The position numbers and the translations under genes are program-made. From a bacterium (GTDB lineage Bacteria > J088 > JAWLBW01), in assembly GCA_041690355.1 (NCBI GenBank), contig JAWLHK010000015.1, forward strand, positions 1 to 64,000: DNA of 64,000 bases, written 5' to 3'. The notes beneath the pieces were generated by a model that saw nothing but the letters and a program-made list of their open reading frames with translations, searched no databases and was not told where the DNA came from. Every line of letters starts with the position of its first letter. Positions within the stretch are counted from its first letter, which is position 1. Positions 9,627-19,933 of the stretch are shown one piece after another.

Positions 9627-10954
9627 CATAAGCGCTAACTTAAGTATTGACTGAGCACCCGGGTTCCGATACGCTTTAGGCCATGGAGGGTTCGGACCTC
9701 GAGCAAGAATGGGCTATCTTGGCCAGCATGTTGCCGCCGGGCTGGCGAGAAGCCGCACGCACGGATGGCGCACTCGTTCGTGCAAGAGAGATAGATTCTC
9801 CAGATACACTCCTCCGCTTGATTTTGCTGCATGCAGCGGCAGGGCTCTCACTTAGGCAGACTGTGGCCCGAGCCGAATTGGCTGGCCTTGCCAAGGTTTC
9901 AGACGTCGCTCTGTTCAAGAGACTCCGGTCTTCGGAGAGATGGCTTCGGCACCTTTCGCAAGGCCTATTGGAATCCTCTCCCCTTACGTTAACTCTTCCC
10001 GAGAAAATCGTTGGCTATCGCCTACGGGCCATTGATGCGACAACAGTGGATGAGCCCGGCGCCACCGGCACAAGTTGGCGGCTCCATTACAGCATCAGCC
10101 TACCGTCGTTGGAATGCGACTTTTTTGAGGTCACTGACGTTAAGGGCGGTGAGACCTTCCGACGGTTTCCGGCCAAGCACGGCGACATCGTGCTGGCAGA
10201 CCGCGGATATTGCCATCGCCCCGGTGCGTCGGACATCATCGAGCGTGGCGCTCACGTGATCGTTCGTTTGAATTATCAGAATTTTCCGCTTCTGGACTCG
10301 TCAGGGAAAAAGTTTCCGATTCTGAGCCGGCTTGCTCGACTGAAAGACTTCAGGCCCGGAGAATGGGATGTTGCTTTTGAAGCCGAGGGAAAGCGCTACG
10401 CAGGGCGGATCTGCGCCATACGCAAGAGTGTGGCGGCAACAGAGCGCAGCCGAAGGGAAATCATTCGAGAGGCAGGCAGAAAGGGGAAAACCCCGAGCCA
10501 GGGGACGCTAGATGCCGCAGCGTTCATCTTTGTATTCACGACCTTGCCAACCCGAGAGTTTTCGGCAAGCGATGTGCTCAATCTTTATCGGGCGCGCTGG
10601 CAGATCGAGCTGGCATTCAAGCGACTGAAGTCACTCTTCGGAGCCGGGCATGTGCCAAAATACGACCCGGAATCGGCACGAGCTTGGATCCAAGCCAAGC
10701 TTCTGGCCGCACTGATGATCGAACGATTAGAGCAGGAAGCTGCTCATTTTTCCCCCTGGGGCTACTCACTCCCCTTGGCGTAGTCCCTGGAGAGAGTTTG
10801 TAGAAGCGAGAGATTCGTTTCTTTCCGTCATATCTTTCCCAATCAAGCCCTCTAGATATGTTCGGCTTGGCCACTGCCTTCCGAACATGCTCGCTGAAAG
10901 GCCTCGCAAAAGACGTCCTCAAATGGCATCCGCTTTGCTAAGTTAGCGCTTATG
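9627..10954 (+). mobile_element. IS4-family insertion sequence, 1328 bp
   Basis: 16-bp terminal inverted repeats CATAAGCGCTAACTTA; 11-bp target duplication GGGGACTGGGG at 9616..9626 and 10955..10965. Confidence 0.93.
9683..10783 (+). CDS. IS4-family DDE transposase
   Basis: AIDAT, LADRGY, YRARWQIELAFKRLKS (YREK) motifs. Confidence 0.93.
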   Translation: MEGSDLEQEWAILASMLPPGWREAARTDGALVRAREIDSPDTLLRLILLHAAAGLSLRQTVARAELAGLAKVSDVALFKRLRSSERWLRHLSQGLLESSPLTLTLPEKIVGYRLRAIDATTVDEPGATGTSWRLHYSISLPSLECDFFEVTDVKGGETFRRFPAKHGDIVLADRGYCHRPGASDIIERGAHVIVRLNYQNFPLLDSSGKKFPILSRLARLKDFRPGEWDVAFEAEGKRYAGRICAIRKSVAATERSRREIIREAGRKGKTPSQGTLDAAAFIFVFTTLPTREFSASDVLNLYRARWQIELAFKRLKSLFGAGHVPKYDPESARAWIQAKLLAALMIERLEQEAAHFSPWGYSLPLA

Positions 10955-11191
10955 GGGGACTGGGGGGACGAAACAAGGGACAGGCAAGAACCTAGACAAA
11001 AGCCAGGGTTGCAGACCGCCGGCTGTTGGTTCTCTCCGCGGCTCCGCGCCTCCGCGTGGAATCGTTTTTAAGCGCCACTGCCCATGAAACGGGAGCGCAC
11101 GGGGCGCTGGCCCTTCGACCCTTCGGCAAGCTCAGGACAGGCCAGCACAGGGCGAACGGTGGCGCCGGTCTGGCAGAGGCCGGGAGGGGGC

Positions 11192-13258
11192 TCAGGAGAG
11201 CTTGAATCCGTCGACGGCTTCGGAGAGGTGGGCGACGGCGTTGTTGACTTCGCGCAGCAGCTCGTCGAGGGCCGCCAGGCGGCGCTCGTTCTCGTGGAGC
11301 AGCGACTGGTTGTCCTGGATGGAACCCAGAACGGCTTCGCCTTCGTTCTTGAAGCGGGCCGCGCTGTCGCTGATGGCCGTCACGGCAGAGGAAAGGCGCT
11401 GCATGCCGTCGTTGATGCGGCGGTTGCCTTCGCCCTGCTCCTCAGAGCGGCGCAGGACGTTGGCGGCCAGCTCTTCCATGTTCGCAATGGCGCGCTGAAT
11501 CTGGTTCGAGGCCGAGGCTTCCTGCTGCGTCGCCGAGGCGATCTGGTGGCTGATGTTGGCGACGCGCGTGCTCGATTCCGCCAGCGCCTGCGTGCTCTTC
11601 TTCTGCTCTGACATGGCCGTGGCGATGAGCTGGGCCATCTCTTCGCTGCGCACGCTCGTGTCGAAGATCTGCTTGAGCTTCTCGCGGGCCGAGGCGCTCT
11701 GCTTTTCGCCCTCGTCGACGATGGCCAGGCCGTTGCCGACCCGCTCTTCCGCACGCCGGGTCTCTTTCTGCACGCCCTGGACGAGCCCCTCGATTTCGCG
11801 CGTCTTGGCCGCCACCTGGCGGGCCAGATCACGGATGCCGTCGGCGACGACCGCGAAGCTCGCCCCCGATTCACCCGCCGCCGCCGCGATGATGGCCGCG
11901 TTGAGCGCGAGCAGGTTCGTCTTCTCGGTGACCTGGTTGATGACGGTGACGATCTCGCCGATCTCCTGGCTGCGGTTGCCGAGCTCGCTGATGACGTCGG
12001 CCGTCTCGCGCACGGCCGACTTGATGCGCCCCATGACGTCGCCGTTCTTCTGCACCGCCTCGAGCCCCTCGCGGGCGCTCTTGCTGACTTCCTTGGAGAG
12101 TTCGGTGCTGAGCTGCGCATTCCCCTCGACGTCGTTGACGGTCGTCGAGATTTCCTGCAGGGCCTGGCTCATGTCGTCGGTGTTGCGCGCCAGGTCACGC
12201 GAGCGGTCGGCGACTTCCGTAATCGAGCGGCTGATCTCGAGCACCGAGCTCGAGGTCTCGGCCACCGATTCGTTCAGGCGCGCGATGTGCTGCTCGACTT
12301 CTTCGATGGCGCCGCCAATCTGGAGAACCGACGAGCTGGTCTCCTGGGCGATGACGAACAACTCTTCCACACGGTGCTGAATGTCGGCCGTGCCGGCGTC
12401 AATCGTCTCCATGCTGCGGATGCTGCGCAGCATGGCCTCGTTCTGGGCGCGAATCGTCTGGGCGAGGGCGGTCGACTCCTTGCGCAGCCGCTCGGTGTGC
12501 CCCGAGACGCTGCCCGCCATCTCGTCGATGCGGCTCACGATGCCGCGCACGCCGTCGGTCATGTTGGCGAAGGCTTCAGAAAGCTTGCCCATCTCGTCGC
12601 GGACGCCGCCGCCGCTGCCGGCGTGCTGAAAACCGACCGTCAGATCGCCCGAGGCGACGCGCGACGCGTCGCGCCCCAACGTCTGCAGGGGGAGCTCGAT
12701 GCCCTCGTGCACGATGTAATTCGTGAGCAGATAAAGGATGACGAGGGCCCCCAGCCCCACGAAGATGAGCGTGAGCAGGGTGCGCATCATCTTGCGGGCG
12801 AACCGCGTGTTGTCGAAGGCGATCTGGACCAGATACTCGCTGCCGGGGATCTGCGTGTAGACCTCGACGTTCTCGCCGGCGTCGACGAGAAAACTCTCCG
12901 ACCCTCCGGCCTCGGTGGGCGCGACCCGTTTGCCCACCTCATCGACCAGGTGCGAAGCCACGATCAGGCCGTTCGGGCGGATAACGCGGGCGTGGCGCAC
13001 GTTCTGATTGCCGTTGGCGAGCTTCTTCAAATCGAGCGAGAGAACTTCGAGGCTCGAATCTTCGGCCCCGAACATCTGCAGGCTGCTCTGCGCGCGCTCC
13101 CGCACCATGACCGCCAGGGCTTCGCCCTTCTCGCGCACCCCTTCGCGGAACTCGGAGCGCAGGATCAGGTAGAAGAAGACCATGATGAGCGCGAAGACGA
13201 GCGTCAACGCGATCGCCATGGATCGGAGAAAGCGGACCTTCAGGGAGTTCCCACGCAT
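11192..13258 (-). CDS. methyl-accepting chemotaxis protein
   Basis: Two TM helices, HAMP (RDEMGKL), hairpin tip [24 protein letters not shown]. Confidence 0.92.
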   Translation of the reverse strand: MRGNSLKVRFLRSMAIALTLVFALIMVFFYLILRSEFREGVREKGEALAVMVRERAQSSLQMFGAEDSSLEVLSLDLKKLANGNQNVRHARVIRPNGLIVASHLVDEVGKRVAPTEAGGSESFLVDAGENVEVYTQIPGSEYLVQIAFDNTRFARKMMRTLLTLIFVGLGALVILYLLTNYIVHEGIELPLQTLGRDASRVASGDLTVGFQHAGSGGGVRDEMGKLSEAFANMTDGVRGIVSRIDEMAGSVSGHTERLRKESTALAQTIRAQNEAMLRSIRSMETIDAGTADIQHRVEELFVIAQETSSSVLQIGGAIEEVEQHIARLNESVAETSSSVLEISRSITEVADRSRDLARNTDDMSQALQEISTTVNDVEGNAQLSTELSKEVSKSAREGLEAVQKNGDVMGRIKSAVRETADVISELGNRSQEIGEIVTVINQVTEKTNLLALNAAIIAAAAGESGASFAVVADGIRDLARQVAAKTREIEGLVQGVQKETRRAEERVGNGLAIVDEGEKQSASAREKLKQIFDTSVRSEEMAQLIATAMSEQKKSTQALAESSTRVANISHQIASATQQEASASNQIQRAIANMEELAANVLRRSEEQGEGNRRINDGMQRLSSAVTAISDSAARFKNEGEAVLGSIQDNQSLLHENERRLAALDELLREVNNAVAHLSEAVDGFKLS

Positions 13259-13374
13259 GGATATCCTTCGGAAGCAGCCCGTGAGCGGGGCTGTCTTAGT
13301 TTACCCAAGGGAACACCAAGGTTCAAACCGCCAAGGCCTTTGCTATAATAAAGGTTTGCCTTCAGGAAGACGCC

Positions 13375-14400
13375 ATGCAGTTCCTCATTGACGCCACCGG
13401 ATCTCCGGCCCTCGCCTGGGCCCTCGTCATCGCCATCGCGCTCGTCGTGCTCATCGCCATCGCCCTCTGGGTCAGGGCGTCGGCGCGCACCCGCCCGGGC
13501 GAGCCCGCCGTGGCGCGCAAGGGGCTCGACCTGCAGCTCGCGCGGGCGCGGGAGGGACTGCTCGGGCGCCTGCGCGAGGCCGTCAGCGGAGCCTCAGGGG
13601 CGGAACTGTTCTCCAACCTCGAAGAAGTTCTGGTCACGGCCGATTTCGGCCTCGACACCACCTCGGCCCTGCTCAAGAAGGTCAAGGAGAAGGATGCGGG
13701 CGCCGAGCACGTCGACGAAGCCCTGCGCGAGGCCATCCTCGAGATCTTCGACCGGGTGCAGCGCCCCTTCGAGCCCACCGCCAAGCCGACGGTCATCATG
13801 GTCGTGGGGATCAACGGGGTCGGCAAGACGACCAGCATCGGCAAGGTGGCCGCCCACTTCAGCCGCCAGGGGCGCACCGTGCTGCTGGGGGCGGGCGATA
13901 CCTTTCGAGCCGCCGCCATCGAGCAGCTGGGCATCTGGGCCGAGCGCTCGGGGAGCGACATCGTGAAGGGCCAGCCTGAGGGTGACCCGGCGGCCGTCTG
14001 CTTCGACGCCGTGAAGGCCGGCCAGGCCCGCGGGGTCGATCTGGTGATCTGCGACACCGCCGGCCGCCTGCACACGAAGAGCAACCTCATGGAAGAGCTC
14101 AAGAAGGTCAAGCGGGTCATGGCCAAGGCGCTGCCCGAAGCGCCCCATGAGATCTGGCTCGTCGTCGACGCCACGACCGGCCAGAACGCCATGCAGCAGG
14201 CCCGCCTTTTCCACGAAGCCGTCGGCCTGACCGGCCTGGTCATGACCAAGCTCGACGGCACCGCCAAAGGGGGCACGCTCGTCGGCATGGTGCGCGAGCT
14301 CGACGTGCCCGTGCGCTTCATCGGCGTGGGCGAGACGATCGACGACCTGCGCCCCTTCGACCCGCGCGCCTACGTCGAAGCCATCCTCGGCGAAGAGTAA
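13375..14400 (+). CDS. ftsY: signal recognition particle receptor FtsY
   Basis: [38 protein letters not shown]. Confidence 0.97.
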   Translation: MQFLIDATGSPALAWALVIAIALVVLIAIALWVRASARTRPGEPAVARKGLDLQLARAREGLLGRLREAVSGASGAELFSNLEEVLVTADFGLDTTSALLKKVKEKDAGAEHVDEALREAILEIFDRVQRPFEPTAKPTVIMVVGINGVGKTTSIGKVAAHFSRQGRTVLLGAGDTFRAAAIEQLGIWAERSGSDIVKGQPEGDPAAVCFDAVKAGQARGVDLVICDTAGRLHTKSNLMEELKKVKRVMAKALPEAPHEIWLVVDATTGQNAMQQARLFHEAVGLTGLVMTKLDGTAKGGTLVGMVRELDVPVRFIGVGETIDDLRPFDPRAYVEAILGEE

Positions 14401-14444
14401 CCGCGCCGCTTTTCATCCTGCCGCCGGGTCTGATAGACTCTGGC

Positions 14445-15383
14445 ATGCCTTGGAAAGCGCTTGCTGTCCTCCTGATCTGCCTGGCGGCCGCCGAGCCCGC
14501 GTCTGCCGCAGACAAACCTGCCGAGCCGGTCCCCAGCCTGAGCGGGCTCGACCCCGCGCTCGTGAAAAGCATCGATATGCTGGCGGCCTACGTCGTGCGG
14601 GCCGTGGGCAAGGCCGATGTGCCCGTGGGCATCGCCCGATTCGCCAATCTGGGCGACGAGGCCCGCAAGCTGCGCATCGGCGAGACCGTGAGCGCCTTTC
14701 TGCAGCAGCGCCTCGCGGCGAGCAAGCAGGTGCAGCTTGCCGAAATCGAGGACATCGACCGCATTCTCGAGCAGATCAAGCTCGGCAAGCTGGGGCTCGT
14801 CGACTCGGCCTCGGCCGTCGAGGTGGGCAAGCTGGTCGGGGCGCGCATCATGGTCTCGGGCACGGTCGTGCCGGTCGGCGAATCGTACCAGATCGCCATC
14901 CGCCTGAACGACGTCGCCACCGGGCGCACGCTGGGCGCCACGACGGTCGAGATGCCGCGCCGGCTCATGATCGCCTTGACGCGTGACATCTACAACCTGC
15001 ACCAGGGCTGGTACGAAGCGCCCATGCGCTCGCTGCTCGTGCCGGGGTGGGGCCACTTCTACAACGAGCGGCCGGTGCGGGGATCGTTTTATCTCACCGG
15101 CGCCGTCGCCCTGTTCGCGGGGGCCGGCTATTCAGCCTTCGCCGCCGACGCCCGCCTTGCAGACTACCGGCTGGCCGGACGCGACGAAGCCGCGGCGCGC
15201 TACGGTGATTATCAGCAGGCGGTGCGGCGCACGAACCTGCTGCTCGGCCTCGGCGCGCTCATCTGGACCGTCAATGTGCTCGATGCCGGCATCAGCGGAC
15301 CGGCCGGCGAAGAATGGTCGGTGGCGTTCGGCCCCGGCCTCGACGACCTGTCGGGGGAGGTGAGGCTTGCGTATCGTTTCTGA
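14445..15383 (+). CDS. secreted CsgG/FlgO-like domain protein with DUF5683-like C-terminus
   Basis: Signal peptide; EQIKLG.LGLVD..SAVEVGKLVGA..G.V; RSLLVPGWGHFYN; ends VRLAYRF. Confidence 0.7.
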   Translation: MPWKALAVLLICLAAAEPASAADKPAEPVPSLSGLDPALVKSIDMLAAYVVRAVGKADVPVGIARFANLGDEARKLRIGETVSAFLQQRLAASKQVQLAEIEDIDRILEQIKLGKLGLVDSASAVEVGKLVGARIMVSGTVVPVGESYQIAIRLNDVATGRTLGATTVEMPRRLMIALTRDIYNLHQGWYEAPMRSLLVPGWGHFYNERPVRGSFYLTGAVALFAGAGYSAFAADARLADYRLAGRDEAAARYGDYQQAVRRTNLLLGLGALIWTVNVLDAGISGPAGEEWSVAFGPGLDDLSGEVRLAYRF

Positions 15384-15621
15384 TGGCTTGCGGAATGCGG
15401 GCTTGTGCCTCCGCCGGGGCTTCCTCGGACTTTCGCTTATGGGCCAGTCCTGTCCAGACCGGGTTCACCGGGTGACCGTTCGCCCTGAGGAGCCGGGCCT
15501 TGGGAATCGAAGCCCGATGCAGCGCCATGGTATCGCAAGGAGCTCCAATCCGGCGTCTCGAAGGGCCGGAACCGCTCGAACGGCGCGTTCGGGGCTTGAA
15601 AACACGCAATCGGCTCAGGCT

Positions 15622-17526
15622 GTGAGCAAGTTCTTGCAGACGTTCTGGCCCCTCGACAAGCTCGGGGCGAACGGATCTCGTGCCGGTTTCCTCTTGTGGA
15701 CAGTCGTGTTCCTGTTCCTCGCTTCCTGTTCGGTGGCCGATCGCGACAATCCGCTCGACCCCGAGTACCAGGGCCCGCGCGGCCACGTCGGCGGAAGGGT
15801 GGAACTGTTGAGCGGCGCCGCGGTGACCGTCGCCGACGGCCGCATCACGGTCGACTATGGCGGCGCCTTCATCCGCGTGAGCGAGATGCCCGAGCTGGTC
15901 ACGACCTCGAGCGCCGACGGCGGGTTCGTCCTGACCGATGTCCCCACCGGTTCCTGGTCGCTCTCGATCACTGCCCCCGGCTACGTGTCGGCCGCCGTCA
16001 ACGCCGTCGTCGTCCTGGCCGACCGCAGGACACAAGTCGAGGCCCCCGTGCGCTTGCAGGAGGATATCGAGGGCGATCTTCTGTTCGGCAGCCGGCGCAG
16101 CGGGTTCCCCGGCGTGTTCCGCGCCGACGCCGGCGGCACGCGCATCGAATCGCTGACGCCGCTCCCGTTCGTCATGGACGCGTGCCGCTACATGCAGGTG
16201 GGCGAACGCGGCCTGCTCGCCGTGCGCAGCTCGTACTTTGCCTACAAGGACGAAGACGGCTACCGCGAAGCTTCGGGCGTGGCCGTGTTTCAGTATCCGG
16301 AACTCAAACCGGTGACCCTGATCGAATCGGGCGACAAGCTCGATCGCCCGGCGCTGATGCCCGACGGCGACCTGATCGTCGAGGTGCACGAGGGCGAAGA
16401 CGTCTACCTTGCCCGCATTCCGCCGCGCTCGGTTCTGCGGGCCGCGACGCTCGACAGCCTCGAAGAGTTCCGCATCCGCCTCGACGGCGCGACGCCGCTG
16501 GGCGCCCCCGGTCCGTCGCAGAAGGAGTACAGCCCGACCGTGAGCCCCGACGGCCGGCTCGCCTTTCTGCGCTCGCGCGAGCTCTCGGGCAGCGGCGATA
16601 CGCCCCTTTTCGAGATTGTCGTCGACGATCGCAGCGCCGAGGGTAAAGCCGTATTTTCCGTCGCCCTTTCGACCCTGCTCGAGGATCTCTCGGACAAGGG
16701 ATACTTCGACATTGACGGCAACGGCAACGACGACCTCGAGAAGTTCGGCGTCCTGCTGCAGGGGTACTTCCGCGGTTGGATTCCGCCCATGTTCGCGGGG
16801 GTCGACTGGTCGCAGCCGCTCAGTCTGAGCGGCATTTCGACCGAGGCGCAGTTGAAGGCGCTCCTGCTCGATTATCTCGAAGGCGAGCAGCCCGACGGCA
16901 TCGACTTCAACGTGCTCGCCTTTCTGCTGCAGATGCTCGATCTGGCGACGCTGCGCGACCTGAGCTGGCTCCCGGATGGAAAATCGCTCGTCTACGTGGA
17001 TCGGTATGACAGCCTGCCGCGCGTGCAGCGCGAGCTCACGATGCCAATCACGAATGCCCTGGCCCCGGTGACCGACGCGGCCGCGTCGCCGCTTCTGAAC
17101 CCCAAGACCGGCCGGCCGACGGCGTACTACTTCGACCTGAACGGCAACGGCGTCTGGGAATACGGCTTCGACCAGCCGTTCTGGTACGACGATCGCTCGA
17201 GCTACGTGCCCGCGCTCACGCTGACGCAGAATCCGTTCGAGGTGCAGACGCTGCGCCGCATCGCGGCCGACGCCCCCGGTGACGAGCGCGGCAGCGTTCT
17301 CTATCAGGGCTCGGGCGACGAGTTTCTCTTCAGCCCGACCGTGTCGCCCGACGGCAAGCGCGTGGCCATGGCCGTCGGTCCGGTCAAGCAGCTGTTCGAC
17401 ACGTTCAACCTGTTTCCCATCATGACGAAGGGCGACATCCTGACGGTCGATCCGCGCAACTCCTACGTCACCCGCATCACGCAGGACGGCCTCGACAACA
17501 AGCCCCCGTGCTGGGTTCCGCGCTGA
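15622..17526 (+). CDS. lipoprotein with carboxypeptidase-regulatory-like domain and TolB/PD40-like repeats
   Basis: Lipobox FLASC; TTSSADGGFVLTDVPTGSWSLSITAPGY; repeated SPTVSPDG; start uncertain (ORF open from 15367). Confidence 0.7.
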   Translation: MSKFLQTFWPLDKLGANGSRAGFLLWTVVFLFLASCSVADRDNPLDPEYQGPRGHVGGRVELLSGAAVTVADGRITVDYGGAFIRVSEMPELVTTSSADGGFVLTDVPTGSWSLSITAPGYVSAAVNAVVVLADRRTQVEAPVRLQEDIEGDLLFGSRRSGFPGVFRADAGGTRIESLTPLPFVMDACRYMQVGERGLLAVRSSYFAYKDEDGYREASGVAVFQYPELKPVTLIESGDKLDRPALMPDGDLIVEVHEGEDVYLARIPPRSVLRAATLDSLEEFRIRLDGATPLGAPGPSQKEYSPTVSPDGRLAFLRSRELSGSGDTPLFEIVVDDRSAEGKAVFSVALSTLLEDLSDKGYFDIDGNGNDDLEKFGVLLQGYFRGWIPPMFAGVDWSQPLSLSGISTEAQLKALLLDYLEGEQPDGIDFNVLAFLLQMLDLATLRDLSWLPDGKSLVYVDRYDSLPRVQRELTMPITNALAPVTDAAASPLLNPKTGRPTAYYFDLNGNGVWEYGFDQPFWYDDRSSYVPALTLTQNPFEVQTLRRIAADAPGDERGSVLYQGSGDEFLFSPTVSPDGKRVAMAVGPVKQLFDTFNLFPIMTKGDILTVDPRNSYVTRITQDGLDNKPPCWVPR

Positions 17527-17533
17527 CCCCGAA

Positions 17534-18887
17534 CCGCTGTAGCGGCCCCCACCTGGTGCACATCGTGAACCATGGCTCCCCGAGGGGAGCAAACGGGAGC
17601 TGAAGCGTGAGCTCTGAGCCCTGAAGGGGCGACGGCTGTCTGCCCAGGGCAGGGCCCTGGGTGGCGGCAGGAATTCGCGATTTTTTTTCTTTTTGCTCTT
17701 CCCGCGAGCGCCGGCGAGCAGCGTACACCGCTGTCGCGGCCCCCACCTGGTGCACCTTGTGAAGCATGGCTCCCCGAGGGGAGCAACTTGTGATTGCCGT
17801 GCGGAAGGGCCCGCTGTCGCGGCCCCCACCTGGTGCACATCGTGAACCATGGCTCCCCGAGGGGAGCAACTTGTGATTGCCGTGCGGAAGGGCCCGCTGT
17901 CGCGGCCCCCACCCGGTGCACCTTGTGAAGCATGGCTCCCCGAGGGGAGCAAATTGTGATTGCCGTGCGGAAGGACCCGCTGTCGCGGCCCCCACCCGGT
18001 GCACCTTGTGAAGCATGGCTCCCCGAGGGGAGCAACTTGTGATTGCCGTGCGGAAGGACCCGCTGTCGCGGCCCCCACTCAGTGCACATCGTGAACCATG
18101 GCTCCCCGAGGGGAGCAAACCGGCGCTTCGCGATGACAAATGACAGATCGCAGATGGCTCCTCGCGATGACAAATGGCAGATCGCAGATGGCAGATTCCG
18201 GCAAGTACCCGGTTTCACCTGAGCCCTGCCGGGTAGCCCGTGGACCACTTCCCGATCATGGATTGCAGGCCGTGGATAGACTTCCCGTTTCCCTGGAGCC
18301 CTGAAGGGGCGACGGCTGTCTGCCCAGGGCAGGGCCCTGGGTAGCGGCAGGAATTCCCGATTTTTTTTCTTTTTGCTCTTCCCGCGAGCGCCGGCGAGCA
18401 GCGTGCACCGCTGTCGCGGCCCCCACCCGGTGCACCTTGTGAAGCATGGCTCCCCGAGGGGAGCAAACGGGAGCTGAAGCGTGAGCTCTGGGACGCAGTT
18501 GCCTACGATGTTCCCTCGGGTCACGCGGGGGCCCATGCATTCCGGAGGGAAGCTCCTCGCTGGCCCGGGACGTGAGTCCCAGGATCATCGCGGCGTAGAC
18601 GCGTTCCCCCGGGCTCGGAAGCGCCGGCACGGCGCGCGCGAGCCGTCCTTCGGGCCCCCAGCAATCCCATCCCGGTGTCCTCTTGCCCGCTTACGCGGCC
18701 GAATCATGGATCGCAGCCCGGGGACCCCTTTCCCGAGCTTTGGAATGCCGGCCGTGGATGGACTGCCCGTCTTCCTGGAGCCCTGAAGGGGCGACGGCTG
18801 TCTGCCCAGGGCAGGGCCCTGGGTAGCGGCAGGAATTCCCGATTCCTTTCTTTTGCTCTTCCCGCGAGCGCCGGCGAGCAGCGTGCA
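17534..18887. repeat. mosaic REP/BIME-like repeat cluster
   Basis: 59-bp unit A ending in hairpin GCTCCCCGAGGGGAGC at 17534, 17728, 17811, 17894, 17977, 18060, 18408 (83-bp period in the core); ~110-bp unit B starting GAGCCCTGAAGGGGC at 17616, 18296, 18778. Confidence 0.9.
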
Positions 18888-18941
18888 CCGCCCCCACCTC
18901 TTGCGCCACGCATGGCAGAAGGATTGGGAAGCTGACGGAAT

Positions 18942-19784
18942 TCAGACCGTCGTCGCGAGCGACAGGCGGATCGTCTGGATGATGCTCTCGGCCTGCGAGC
19001 CGAAGGGGAGCTGCTTGCCGTTCAGGTGCGTGATCGGGGCGGCGTCGATGAGCGAGTTCGTGACGAAGGCCCCTTCGCAGTGGTTCTGCAGGTCGTCGAC
19101 GTTGAAGACGCCATACTCCACGGGCACGCCGATTTTGCCCGCCAGCCGGATGACCGCGTCCCGGGCCGTGCCGGGCAGGATCCCCATCTCGAGCGGCGGC
19201 GTGATCAGTTTTCCGTCCCGGAACGCGAAGATGTTCGTCGTCGCCCCCTCACGGATGTTGCCGATCATGTCGACGAAGAGGGCTTCGTCGTAGCCGCGCC
19301 GCTCGGCTTCCTGAATGCCCCAGAGCGAAGGAAGGTAGTTCAGCGTCTTCAGATGCGGAAACGTGCGCCGGATCTCGGGCGAGAGGGTGAACGCCTTCAT
19401 GCCCCGGCGCCGCCGGTTCACCGTCTCGGGGAGCGGGCGCGCCACGATGAGCGTGTTGCCCGGCTGGTTGCGCAGGCTCATGGCGGCCAGGCCCCCCGTC
19501 AGCGTGATGCGGATGTAGCTGTCGGTATACGTGAGCCCGTTCTGCTCGAGCAGGCTCGCGATTGCGTCGGTCCAGAAGGCGAAATCCATCTCGACCTGGA
19601 TCCCGAGAAAGTCGGCTCCCAGAAAGAGCCGCTCGAGATGCCGCTCGAGGCGGATCACCTGTCCGTTGACGCCGCGCATCGTCTCGAATAGCCCGAAGCC
19701 ATAGAGCAGGCCGCGGTCGTGGTGGCTGACCTTGCACTGGGCCGATTCGAGAAGACCGCCGTTGAAGAAAACGTACTCCTGCAC
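18942..19784 (-). CDS. class IV aminotransferase (PabC/IlvE family)
   Basis: DRGLLYGFGLFETM, HLERL, LKTLNYL, EGATTNIF, ILPGTAR. Confidence 0.9.
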   Translation of the reverse strand: MQEYVFFNGGLLESAQCKVSHHDRGLLYGFGLFETMRGVNGQVIRLERHLERLFLGADFLGIQVEMDFAFWTDAIASLLEQNGLTYTDSYIRITLTGGLAAMSLRNQPGNTLIVARPLPETVNRRRRGMKAFTLSPEIRRTFPHLKTLNYLPSLWGIQEAERRGYDEALFVDMIGNIREGATTNIFAFRDGKLITPPLEMGILPGTARDAVIRLAGKIGVPVEYGVFNVDDLQNHCEGAFVTNSLIDAAPITHLNGKQLPFGSQAESIIQTIRLSLATTV

Positions 19785-19933
19785 GCGATCACCGTAAAGG
19801 GTACTACTATAGCAATGCAGGCGACTGCTTTCAATCGGACGGGGGCCGAGCCCGGTCTACCGCCCGGTCGGTCGAACTGTTACCATGACGGCAGTTCGCG
19901 CGGCGCCTGCCCGGCGCAGGCTGTCGCACGCGC

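Noticed and set aside
17728-18118. CRISPR array interpretation of the 83-bp periodic repeat
   Set aside because: The 24-bp linkers are near-identical rather than unique spacers, the 59-bp unit is too long, and there are no cas genes in the window
15292-18536. Long minus-strand ORFs (928, 357, 220 aa)
   Set aside because: They are antisense to the lipoprotein gene or run through the DNA repeat; their peptide repeats simply mirror the nucleotide repeat
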